From positions 1 through 35,662 of the IMG/VR virus record IMGVR_UViG_3300030708_003093: DNA of 35,662 nucleotides. One strand, written 5' to 3'. The translations under genes and the position numbers were made by a program. Source of the DNA: a virus. Lineage: Duplodnaviria > Caudoviricetes. Position 1 is the first letter of the stretch. Each line of letters begins with the position of its first letter. Shown piece after piece: positions 8,018 through 18,200 of the stretch. Under the pieces are notes generated by a model that was not told the origin of the DNA, searched no databases, and saw only the letters and a list, made by a program, of their open reading frames with translations.

Positions 8018-9358
8018 TCAAACTACGGTGAATGTTGTTCCTGTTGGGACAGTCAAAGTAACATTATTTCCAATGGTGTATGGACCAAATATACCAACGT
8101 TTTTGTTTGCGGCTAATGTCTTGGAATTATTTAAGGTGGTATCATTTTCGAAGAATCCTTGACCAGCATCAGTACCCTCATTATTAGCACTACCAGGAGT
8201 CTTATATGAAATATTGAATGATCCAGCAGTAAAATTGTTAGGATTATTAGGATTGCTATTGTTAATAGGTTTTATTCTTAACCTAGTTATTGTTCCATTT
8301 ATACTATTTAAAGATCCATATGCTTGAGTTCCAGCACCGCTGTCTCTCCTTGTTTGTCCTTCAAATGTATAAGCAGTATCAGAAAATTTGTTTATGTCAA
8401 ATTTACCATGATGTACATAATTAGATGAAGTACTCAAGATAACAAATCCTGCATTGCTACTAGCCCCTTGACTGCCACCTTCCGATTGGCTAGTAGCAGT
8501 ATATCCAGTTTCAATATAACTACTGGAAGTACCTAATTGTACCAAATAATCGTTACCTCCACTTAAGGTTACTCCATTAAACATTAAGGTAATTTCATAT
8601 GCATCTGCTGGAATATCAGTGAATTCTATAGGATCACTTGTTCCTGTTGCAGCAGATTTTGCTGTTTGCAATACAATTGCATCACTACTGACTGTGTTAG
8701 AAGCAGGAGAATCACTTGTGGTTTCATAGTAAACAGTTACATATCCATGGTCAAGAGACCCCCCACTAAATACCTTTAATCTATCAAGTGCATTTGATAA
8801 TGATATGCTACCACCACCATGTATTACTTCACCATTACTATTGCTACTAGCACCTACATGTGAAATAGTCCAACTGTTTCCATTTACATTGACTAATTCT
8901 ACAGTAGCATTATATTCCAATCCTGCATCTGCGTTTACAATAACTCCATAAGAATCAGTTGCACTTTGTGCATTTGATAATCCATATTTTTTATCAAAAC
9001 TTGATTGATATCCAGTGGTAGCATATCCACCACTATCACCAACTCGCAAGACAACATCAGAACCAGATCCACTTGTACTAAAATTATGAATGGCTACAGT
9101 GATTTTTTTGGCAGTGGATGGGATATTAGTGAATGCCGCTTCGGTTCCAGTATTGGTTGCTACTGATCCATGTTTTACAATAGAACCAACAGATCCTGTA
9201 ATAGAACCTGCAACGGATAAATTGCCACCAATACTCATATCAGTGCTAATAGCAACATTCACTGCATTAATATTCAAATTATTAGGACTATCGATTGTTG
9301 GTGTACCTGATGCACCAATTAAATTTACGTCCTTTACACCAAAACTTTTATCTGCCAT
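8018..9358 (-). CDS. Tail-fibre-related protein with two tandem homologous beta domains (446 aa)
   Basis: ORF track; duplicated module FTNIPSTAKKITV...LRVGDSGGYATTGY / FTDIPADAYEITL...VQLGTSSSYIETGY; C-terminus GFFEND...GPYTIGNNVTLTVPTGTTFTVV. Confidence 0.8.
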   Translation of the reverse strand: MADKSFGVKDVNLIGASGTPTIDSPNNLNINAVNVAISTDMSIGGNLSVAGSITGSVGSIVKHGSVATNTGTEAAFTNIPSTAKKITVAIHNFSTSGSGSDVVLRVGDSGGYATTGYQSSFDKKYGLSNAQSATDSYGVIVNADAGLEYNATVELVNVNGNSWTISHVGASSNSNGEVIHGGGSISLSNALDRLKVFSGGSLDHGYVTVYYETTSDSPASNTVSSDAIVLQTAKSAATGTSDPIEFTDIPADAYEITLMFNGVTLSGGNDYLVQLGTSSSYIETGYTATSQSEGGSQGASSNAGFVILSTSSNYVHHGKFDINKFSDTAYTFEGQTRRDSGAGTQAYGSLNSINGTITRLRIKPINNSNPNNPNNFTAGSFNISYKTPGSANNEGTDAGQGFFENDTTLNNSKTLAANKNVGIFGPYTIGNNVTLTVPTGTTFTVV

Positions 9359-9372
9359 TTCAGTTTTTTAGA

Positions 9373-9379
9373 TATTTAG
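9373..9379 (-). promoter_or_regulatory. Late promoter motif CTAAATA
   Basis: Overlaps the protease stop codon, 15 nt upstream of ATG 9358. Confidence 0.5.
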
Positions 9380-11421
9380 ATTTGTTTAAATGAAATACCC
9401 GACATAGACGCACCATTAGTTATTGCTGGTCTTGTATTGTTTGCATAAGGATTATGAATAACACGTTTTGCTGCTCCTCTCAGGTTTCCATTGCCACGAA
9501 CATTGTACGAATCATATAATGTGTCTGCACGATCATATGTGGAACTATAATTTAGACTCCAATATCCAGTATCATTAATTCCTGGATATGGATCAGATAA
9601 TGCAATTTCCACGGAACCACGACTTTTTAACCACTTTTTTACATCTGCTTGATTTGCCTTTCTATTTGTTTCAAGATATAAACATATCAAAGATGCTGCA
9701 TTGGGTCCAGCTGCACTCGTCCCATTGAACCACGTATCATAAAAATTAGAATCATCTTCTCTCGCATAGTCTTCATAACTGCCAGAATATCCAGCAGCCA
9801 TAGTTTGTTCGCCAGGTGCCCATATGTCAATCATAGGACCATTTGCAGAATAGCAAACTTTACGGATAGAGTATGCTGCAGCACCTTGCTTTTGATCTGC
9901 TGGTTCTACTGAACAATCTAGTGCACCAACTCTTATAACACCCTTATCTACAGTATGATCTCCACTAAATCCTCTTTGTATTCCTCCACATCTGTTAATA
10001 TAATTTGATGACAAGACATACCAATTATCAAAATCAACATCATCTTTATCAGATAATTTTTGATTAGTATTTCCTGCTGAAGAAACTACAATTACACCAG
10101 CAGCAATTGCATCTTCTGCTCCTGCATTTGATGATGCAAGATGTCCATTATACTGTCCACTACCAGTATAAGAATAGGATTGACTAAAACCAGATGCATT
10201 TACGGAGAATTGTTTATGATTTCTAGCAGAACCACTATTGGTAGGAACAGTAGTGTCACTTCCCGTACCGGTATATGTTAAATTAGTTCCACGATATCCA
10301 ATATTGTATGTGGTGCCATTAGTATTACCAGTGCTGTAAGTAACTCCATAACTATTATTCAAAATTGTTGGATCAGGATCACCAGACTGAGAAATCTTTT
10401 TTGCATTATGAAAAATAGTACAGGCATCAACTGCAACACTTGATCCAAGAACTCCACCAGAACTTCCTAGAGCAATTCTTATTGTCCATAAGTTTGACTT
10501 AAATGCAAATCCAAATGATTTACCACCTATTTGTGATGCACAAGCAGTTCCATGACCACTTATAATAGGATTGGATGCTGCATTTTTTGAATGTGCTTGT
10601 TCTGCAGTATATGTTGAAGGTATGGTAATTGTACCCAAACTAGAAAATGCTGCTGATCTATTTGAAGTATTGGACCACCAACTTCTTGCAGCTGCTTCGG
10701 TGCAGGACGTGCCGCAATTAAATCCATCAATTATTTTTGTATATGTCAATCCATTATTGTCAAAATATGCTTTATCAACTTTATATGGACCATCAAGAAT
10801 TAGATCTCTCATTCTAGTTGTTCCATCAGTATTTAAAAACTCTGGATGAGTAACTGCAGCACCACTGTCAATGGTTACGGCATCAACGTTATTACCTGTT
10901 AAAGAATATTGAATATCTTGATTATAAATTGAAACTGTGGTAATACCAACACCTCTGTATGGCAATGAACTAGCTTCATTAGCAAAAGTCATGGACCAAT
11001 TTGATCTTATGCCATTAGTATGTGCAGTTGATTCAGAATCAAGAGCAGCAACAAGTCTAGGTTTATTGAAAGCAACAACCTTTCTAAATCGATCAGTCAT
11101 CAGTGACTGTGGTTGTGGATATTTTTCTGGATTTAATTCAACACTTTCAACTTTAGGATGAGTTCTTAAAATTTCTGCTTCTTCAATACTCATCTCATAG
11201 ATAGAAGCTCTCAAAGAGTATTCTTTCAGATTTGTACAAGGTATTTGTCTGTTTGGTATGCCATCTATTTCATTTTCTTCAATAATATAATTATGAACTA
11301 TTTCCCAGTCCTCCGGCATATTGACAATGACCAAATACTCATCAATGGGATTTGGTGTATATTCTATAGGAATAGTTTCTGGTGAAATTATAATCTCAAC
11401 ATCGACTCCGTTTGTTGTCAT
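9376..11421 (-). CDS. S8 family (subtilisin-like) serine protease
   Basis: Catalytic motifs in the expected order: AVTIDSG (Asp, codon 10867-10869), SGHGTACAS (His, 10552-10554), VSSAGN (oxyanion Asn), FNGTSAAGP (Ser, 9715-9717); N-terminal prodomain-like segment (EEAEILRTHPKVESVELNP). Confidence 0.9.
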   Translation of the reverse strand: MTTNGVDVEIIISPETIPIEYTPNPIDEYLVIVNMPEDWEIVHNYIIEENEIDGIPNRQIPCTNLKEYSLRASIYEMSIEEAEILRTHPKVESVELNPEKYPQPQSLMTDRFRKVVAFNKPRLVAALDSESTAHTNGIRSNWSMTFANEASSLPYRGVGITTVSIYNQDIQYSLTGNNVDAVTIDSGAAVTHPEFLNTDGTTRMRDLILDGPYKVDKAYFDNNGLTYTKIIDGFNCGTSCTEAAARSWWSNTSNRSAAFSSLGTITIPSTYTAEQAHSKNAASNPIISGHGTACASQIGGKSFGFAFKSNLWTIRIALGSSGGVLGSSVAVDACTIFHNAKKISQSGDPDPTILNNSYGVTYSTGNTNGTTYNIGYRGTNLTYTGTGSDTTVPTNSGSARNHKQFSVNASGFSQSYSYTGSGQYNGHLASSNAGAEDAIAAGVIVVSSAGNTNQKLSDKDDVDFDNWYVLSSNYINRCGGIQRGFSGDHTVDKGVIRVGALDCSVEPADQKQGAAAYSIRKVCYSANGPMIDIWAPGEQTMAAGYSGSYEDYAREDDSNFYDTWFNGTSAAGPNAASLICLYLETNRKANQADVKKWLKSRGSVEIALSDPYPGINDTGYWSLNYSSTYDRADTLYDSYNVRGNGNLRGAAKRVIHNPYANNTRPAITNGASMSGISFKQI

Positions 11422-14400
11422 ACTACCTCACGTTTAATTCGATATGTCGTAGATCCACTTACACCTGTTTCTGGAGTTGCTCTTAAATTGACGTTTCCAC
11501 CACTAATCGTGGCATCAAGTTGAACCAAAAGATTGCTGTTATACATAACCGCATATTGAGATGAATCGACTGTTGTTCCATCTCTCATTACCAGTAATTT
11601 TTGAGTTTGATAATTAGATCCATTCTTGACGAACACAGTGTATTCAAATACAAGTTCTGCAGAATCATAAGTGTAACTCTCCAATGTAGATGGAGATCCA
11701 GCAGTTGCGGTGAATGTTCCCGAAGAAACTGTTCCTCCACTACCACCAGAACCACTAGAACCACTTGTTGCAGTGTGCTTAATGATGTAACAGAGAGCAT
11801 AATATGGTGGAAGGTTTGCATTGGTTGAAGAGCTACCTGCACTACTTGTTTTTGCTACATTAGCAGTACTGGTTGTTCCCTTCAAATCATAAGTGGTATA
11901 ACCACCTGAGGAATGTGATTCTGAAAGGTAATTACTGCTTGAGAGATCTTGTGCGCTACCAGGTGTTCCACCGCCAGAAGTAACATTACCGCTACGTACT
12001 GCTTTGTGAGTGTGAGACGGCAGAGTTGCATTCTTACTTCCACCAGTTGTTGTTGCAGAACCAGTTACTGATGTTGTTGGGAGTACGACACTATTAATTG
12101 TAGCATCAGCATCGGCACCAATAATGAATCTGTTTGTTAAATCAGGTACATTAGGACCAGTGATTGCTTGAAGTTCTGATGTTGATGCTGCAGAACCATC
12201 GCAGAGTTGATATCCAGTTGGAATAGTTGCTACTGTTCCAGACCAAGCAATAATAGTACCTACAGGTTCTCCTCCACCACCAGAACCACTACCTGTGATT
12301 TGAGTTCCATTTACATATAACTCATGACAAGTAACGATACCTACAGCTAACTTAGCAGTGTTGGTAGAATCTACAGCAACGTTAGGATTGGTGGTTCCAA
12401 TACCAACATTACCATTTGCACCAAAAACAAATTTAGTATCTCCATTAGAAATACCATGCATTAAATATGCATCTGATGCGTTATGTAAATCTGCAGCGGT
12501 GCCACCAGTTCCTTTGGTTACAAAACGAACAGATGTTTCTTGAACATTTGTGTCTAAACCATAAAATCTTCCAACAAAAGACCCGTCACCACCACCGACA
12601 AAACTCTTGAAAACATCAAGTTTTGTTCCAAACAGGGGGTTAGGATTCAGACCACCTTCTGGATTAGTGGTTCCGATACCTACAGAACCATTAGATGTTA
12701 TACGAAGTCTTTCGGTGCCTTCTGTAGTGACCTTGAAGTGTCCATTAGAACCGGTGTCTACAACTTCTGCTTCTGTGTTTCCTTCAGAAATCTTATCACC
12801 TGCTGATCCACCAGAACCACCACCAGAACTTAAATCTTGAACAACTATCTGAGAGTAAACTTCATCTACACTGAAATTTGATTCGATACCCAATCCATTA
12901 CTATTTTGAGTGGCAGCACATCTATGTTGAAGCTTAAAGTAAGTTGTCTCAGTAATTGTAACGACAGTTTCTCCAAAAGACCTAGTTTGAGTATTTGGTT
13001 CTATACCAGAAGAATCAAATTCACTAGTACCTTGAATGTTAGTTGGGCTAGTAAAACTGGTGTTATTGGCATGGACTAATTGTGTTTTATGTTCTCCTGT
13101 GTTATATGCCGGGGCACTCCAATTTATTTTGTAAGTTCCAGACTCTAATGCAAAATAATTATTACTAGAACTAAAAGTAACAAAGGATTCTGGATCAACT
13201 TCCGTGTTTAATGTTCTATCAATCCATGAACCAGAAGCAAAACTACCACCAGCAGTTCCTGAAGATTTTACATCAGATAAAATTGCTACTTTTGTAGTTC
13301 CTCCACTACCACCAGAACCACTACTTGCAGTTGCAGTGTGCTTGATGATATAGCAGAGAGCGTAATATGGTGGAAGGTTTGCGTTGGTTACTGTTTGTGT
13401 GGTTGAGGCGATACCAACATTATCTACACCAGCAGTATCAGTGCGTGAACTTGCATCATAAGTTGCATCGTGCACATGAGCAGTATGTGAATCCCAGTCA
13501 ATACCGGCATCACTCCCATATCTTACAGGGTGTCTATAACCAGACTCATCTCCATATGTCCCGTGAGAGTGAGCAGCAACAACAGAATTGGCACTACCAC
13601 CAGTAGAACCAACACCAACACTAGGCCATGATCCTTCTCCCGTAACATCATTAGCACCAACAATAAATCTAGATCTTAAATCAGGTATATTAGCACCAGT
13701 AATTGCTTGAAGTGCTGATGTTTGTGCTGCACCACCATCGCAAAGTTGATACTCTGAAGGAATAGAAGCAACAGAACCAGCCCATGCAACAATAGTGCCT
13801 ACAGGATCTGATGATCCTCCACCACCACCAGAAGCATCTGCCCATGTAGCACCCACACCAGGACCACCAGAAGTTAATACTTGACCAGCAGTTCCATAGT
13901 CGGCACTGGTAGCACTAACGTAACCAAGACCAATTTCTCCATTTGGTCCGATCGCAAATCTTTCTCCGCCACCAGTAGAATCAATAATTCTAAATCTACC
14001 AGAATCAGAACTTGATGATCCATAGACATCAATCTCAAAAGCAGCAACATCATCTGCTGCTCTATTGAATACTATAGATCCACCTTCAAGAGAACTATCT
14101 TGTCTATGTATTTTTGGGCCACCAATATCAACAGAAAATTTCTCCGCAGCATCAATTTCTACGGTGAATTTAGATTCAGTTGCAGTATCAATTATTTCTG
14201 CTTTTGAATCTGCTTCAGAAATCTTATCTGTGGAAAAACCGGATGTGATTGCACTTTTATCAACAAATTCTACAGCACTTTGAGTGCTATTTACTACAAG
14301 AACTTTTCCTGCTGAGGGAACATAACTATTGGGAGTATCACTAAGTCCCAAAAATGTAGTTACTGGAGTACTGCCACTAGAAGCTGAAGTTATTCTTCCA

Positions 14401-15200
14401 TCAACATCAACACTTATATTGGCATTGGTATAATTGCCAGCAGAAACTCCAGTTGCAATTAATTCTGTGGGTCCAATAGTATCTTGATCTATGTTCCATA
14501 CAGTTCCACTATTACTGACAGTAATATCACCATAGTCTCCATCAGCAACACCAGAACCAGTAGCACTGGAAGTATCAATTTTAATAATGTAGCAAAGAGC
14601 ATAATATGGTGGAAGGTTTGCACCGAGTGTCGATGCACCTTCAGTGCTGGTATTACCACTGACACTTAAACTACCAGAATAAGTGGTATACCACATTTTT
14701 CCATTACCACTGCTGCTACTATCAGCATCCATGCTAAAAGTACCATTAGTGTTAGTATTCCAACCAGCTACACCATTAGCAAATGCTAAATGATCATCTC
14801 CAGGAAAATTGTGTCTGTGATTAGCAGTAGCAAGTGTTCCACTACCATGACTGTGTGATGGAAGTGTTGCATAAGCACTACCACCAGTGGAACCAACACC
14901 AACACTAGGCCATGATCCTGTTCCAGTAACATCATTAGCACCAACAATAAATCTAGATCTTAAATCGGGAATATTAAATGTTGTGCTTCCATCACCGGAT
15001 CCATGTATAGTACCAAGTTTAGAAAAAAGATCAGAATAAGTAGTTCTTGATAATGCCTGACCATCACATAATCTGAAATTAGATGGTATATTTGCTGCAC
15101 TTCCACCCCAAGCAATGATAGTTCCTACAGGTTCTCCACCGGGTGCTCCGGCAAACCCCATCTCTACCCATTGTCCATTATGGCGTACTTTTATACCCAT
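11418..15200 (-). CDS. Tail fibre protein with three tail-collar domains (1260 aa)
   Basis: Three copies of PVGTI(I/V)AW.G...IP..(F/Y).LCDG...PDL..RFI(V/I)GA...NLPPYYALCYIIK; GIGTTNP fibre repeats; Gly/Ser linkers. Confidence 0.88.
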   Translation of the reverse strand: MGIKVRHNGQWVEMGFAGAPGGEPVGTIIAWGGSAANIPSNFRLCDGQALSRTTYSDLFSKLGTIHGSGDGSTTFNIPDLRSRFIVGANDVTGTGSWPSVGVGSTGGSAYATLPSHSHGSGTLATANHRHNFPGDDHLAFANGVAGWNTNTNGTFSMDADSSSSGNGKMWYTTYSGSLSVSGNTSTEGASTLGANLPPYYALCYIIKIDTSSATGSGVADGDYGDITVSNSGTVWNIDQDTIGPTELIATGVSAGNYTNANISVDVDGRITSASSGSTPVTTFLGLSDTPNSYVPSAGKVLVVNSTQSAVEFVDKSAITSGFSTDKISEADSKAEIIDTATESKFTVEIDAAEKFSVDIGGPKIHRQDSSLEGGSIVFNRAADDVAAFEIDVYGSSSSDSGRFRIIDSTGGGERFAIGPNGEIGLGYVSATSADYGTAGQVLTSGGPGVGATWADASGGGGGSSDPVGTIVAWAGSVASIPSEYQLCDGGAAQTSALQAITGANIPDLRSRFIVGANDVTGEGSWPSVGVGSTGGSANSVVAAHSHGTYGDESGYRHPVRYGSDAGIDWDSHTAHVHDATYDASSRTDTAGVDNVGIASTTQTVTNANLPPYYALCYIIKHTATASSGSGGSGGTTKVAILSDVKSSGTAGGSFASGSWIDRTLNTEVDPESFVTFSSSNNYFALESGTYKINWSAPAYNTGEHKTQLVHANNTSFTSPTNIQGTSEFDSSGIEPNTQTRSFGETVVTITETTYFKLQHRCAATQNSNGLGIESNFSVDEVYSQIVVQDLSSGGGSGGSAGDKISEGNTEAEVVDTGSNGHFKVTTEGTERLRITSNGSVGIGTTNPEGGLNPNPLFGTKLDVFKSFVGGGDGSFVGRFYGLDTNVQETSVRFVTKGTGGTAADLHNASDAYLMHGISNGDTKFVFGANGNVGIGTTNPNVAVDSTNTAKLAVGIVTCHELYVNGTQITGSGSGGGGEPVGTIIAWSGTVATIPTGYQLCDGSAASTSELQAITGPNVPDLTNRFIIGADADATINSVVLPTTSVTGSATTTGGSKNATLPSHTHKAVRSGNVTSGGGTPGSAQDLSSSNYLSESHSSGGYTTYDLKGTTSTANVAKTSSAGSSSTNANLPPYYALCYIIKHTATSGSSGSGGSGGTVSSGTFTATAGSPSTLESYTYDSAELVFEYTVFVKNGSNYQTQKLLVMRDGTTVDSSQYAVMYNSNLLVQLDATISGGNVNLRATPETGVSGSTTYRIKREVV
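13591..14966. repeat. Dispersed 92-nt direct repeat (13591-13682 and 14875-14966) in collar modules
   Basis: Aligned by eye: 4 mismatches in 92 nt (gcactaccaccagt.gaaccaacaccaacactaggccatgatcct...agatcttaaatc). Confidence 0.85.
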
Positions 15201-15219
15201 CTTATAGTATTCTTTCCTA

Positions 15220-15226
15220 TATTTAT
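15220..15226 (-). promoter_or_regulatory. Late promoter motif ATAAATA
   Basis: Intergenic, 20 nt upstream of ATG 15200. Confidence 0.6.
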
Positions 15227-18200
15227 TTAAGTCTTCATAATGAAGGCAAGAGCATAATATGGTGGTCTGTTTTCGTGAGCAACTGTATTCCCATTAGTAT
15301 CACCACCAGCAGGTCCCGTGGTTTGGAAATTATTATTGAGTACCTCAGCACCAAGTACTCCACCATCAGATACATTTCTTTGGTTTGCCCTATTATATTG
15401 ATGAGTGTGTGCTGGTATTTGACTTAATGTAAGAGCAACACTAGCACTACCACCAGTTGCATTAAGATTATAACTATTTCCTGTTCCAACAATAAATCTA
15501 TCTCTTAAATCTGGTGCATTAGCTGCTTGTGCTGCTGCAGAATTATCACATAGAACCCAACCAGTTGGAGCTACAGTTCCAGAGAACATCATAATCATAC
15601 CAGTAACAAAAACATTACCACTATTTTCATCAGTAGAGGTGCTGGTATCATACCAAATGTCACCATCACAAACATCTGTGGTTGGTTCCGTAGATCCAAA
15701 ATAACGTTTTCCATATGCATTACTTGTAGATCCAATTCCAATGGTTGCGATACCCGCAGAAATTGTTACATCAATTGGATTGCTACATCCATATTCTGTT
15801 CTTGGTGTATTTTCGTCTGAAAATTGTTTTACGTCTAAGTCTGTTAGAGTTCCAGTTCCTCCTCCAGAAGAAGCAATAGTAAATCCATTTCCATTACCAT
15901 CTTCAGTGAGAGTAATATTTGATCCGGCAGTTACAAGAATATCATCAGTGGTGCCATCAGATCCTGTAAGTCTTATATTTACATTACCAGTACCAGGGTC
16001 ATTTGTAGATAAATCATACGTTGTGTTATCATTAGCATCAGATTGATCTAAAATATAGATCGTTCCTTTCATGTAACCATGATATTCGCAGATATAATAT
16101 AATGTATTTGGTGCATCCATTGGAACATCAAATAATATTGTTCCGGATTGAGTTCCATTATTAGTAACTCCTGTATTGTACTGATTACCAGTTCCTGTAG
16201 TATCACTAGTTTTGATCCAGAAGGGATGACCAGATGCATTGATTTTAAATTTATACTGCTGACCTCTTGTCAAGTAAATAGTCGGATTTGCAGTTCCAGA
16301 TAAATTTCCTGGACCAGTAAAATTATAAGATGATCCACCAGTAACTTCCCATTCAGAAGTATAAGTTGCTATAGTTGCAATACCAGAATTTGTCGAATAT
16401 CCAGCAATGGTGGCAAAATTTGCACTGTTGACTGTGAGATTTGTAGGACTTACCCAAGATGGTGCTGAACCTTGATTGTATTGAAGTAATTGTCCCGTTA
16501 CAGATCCATTAGCAATAAATTGTGTCGTATTAGAAGCACTTTGATATGGAATTTGATAAGCTACTCCTCCTTTCAAATTAGTTGCTATACCAGCATTATC
16601 TGCATAACTTACTACTAAACCTGTTGGATTGACCCAAGATGGTGCCGATGAAGATCCATTTGATTGGAGTAATTGATACTGATTACCTGTAGGTAAAACA
16701 TTTGTATTGTTATTTGACTCTTGATATAATAACTGATTTGTTCCATTTATCTTTATGTCAGTGGCAAGTCCTGCATTGTCTGCATAGTTTGCATTACCTA
16801 CAGTAGCACCAGCAAAATTAATATCTACATTAGATGCTGCGGTTATTCTTCCTTTAGCATCAAAAGTAACGACACCAACTTGAGTTGTAGAACCAACAGT
16901 TCCTTGAGTAATAACATCTTTTAATGTAAGTGCAAATCCTACATTTTGAGTTCCGTCAAAAGTTTTTCCTACTGCAACAATATCATCATTGGTACCTTCA
17001 CCTAAAGTAAATGTTCTTGGTGTTTTTAATTTGTTTGCAATATCAACACTAGCACCAGCAAAATTAATATCTACATTAGATGCTGCGGTTATTCTACCTT
17101 TAGCATCGAAAGTGACAACTCCAACTTGAGTCGTAGACCCAACAGTCCCTTGAGTAATAATGTCCTTTAATGTAAGTGCAAATCCTACATTTTGAGTTCC
17201 GTCAAAAGTTTTTCCTACTGCTATAATATCATCAGCATTACCCTCACCTAAAGTAAATGTTCGAGGAGTTTCTAACTTCTTAGCAACATCAGCTGTTCCC
17301 TGAAATGCACCATTGAAAAGTGTTGCATGAACATTTCCCCACTTTTTATTGATGGATCCCAAATCATAAGTATTATCATCATCGGGAATGATATCACTAT
17401 CAACCTCAGCATTAAACACTACTGAATCAGTATTAGCATCACCAAGTGTTGTATTGCCATTTACTGTAAGATTTCCAGTAATAGTAACATCATCAGGTAA
17501 ACCAATTGTTAAAGTAGTTCCGGAACCTACAGTTACAATTTCATTTGTGGTTCCTTCAATTTTAAACGTTTGACTATCTAAATCAACAGAACCAGTTCCA
17601 GTATCTCCTGCAAAATCTAAATCTACATTATCAATATATGCTTTAATTGATTGTTGAGTTGCTAAGGCATCATCTCTATCAGATGCCATATCATCTTCAT
17701 CAAGAATGGTAGTGATACCGACTAAAGTTTGATCTGGTTGTCCAATTTCTAATTGATTTATTGTGGCGATGCCACTGATAATCATATCTTTACCACTGAT
17801 CTCATCATAGAAAATATCATCTTTTACATATAAATCTCCACCAACATAAAGATCTCCTCCAGTTGTTGTGATACCACCAGCAGCAGCAAGTGTTACTGCA
17901 ACACCAACAGAGGGTCCAGTGAATGATACTGCACCACCAACATTCAAATTCTTCTCAATACCCACACCACCTTGAGTATAGATAGATCCATTATCTTTAT
18001 TGGTTGATTCTGTAGCATTATCTACCAATAAAATATCGTTTATCTGTGTTCTCTGTCCTTGAGAATCTATAATTAAGTTTCCGGAAAGAGTAGTTAATGT
18101 ATTTGGATTATTAACTCCATCAACTCTAATACTACCTAAACTTGAGATTCCAGATACGTATAAGTTATCAAGATCGAGGTTAGTAACATCTAAATCCGTT

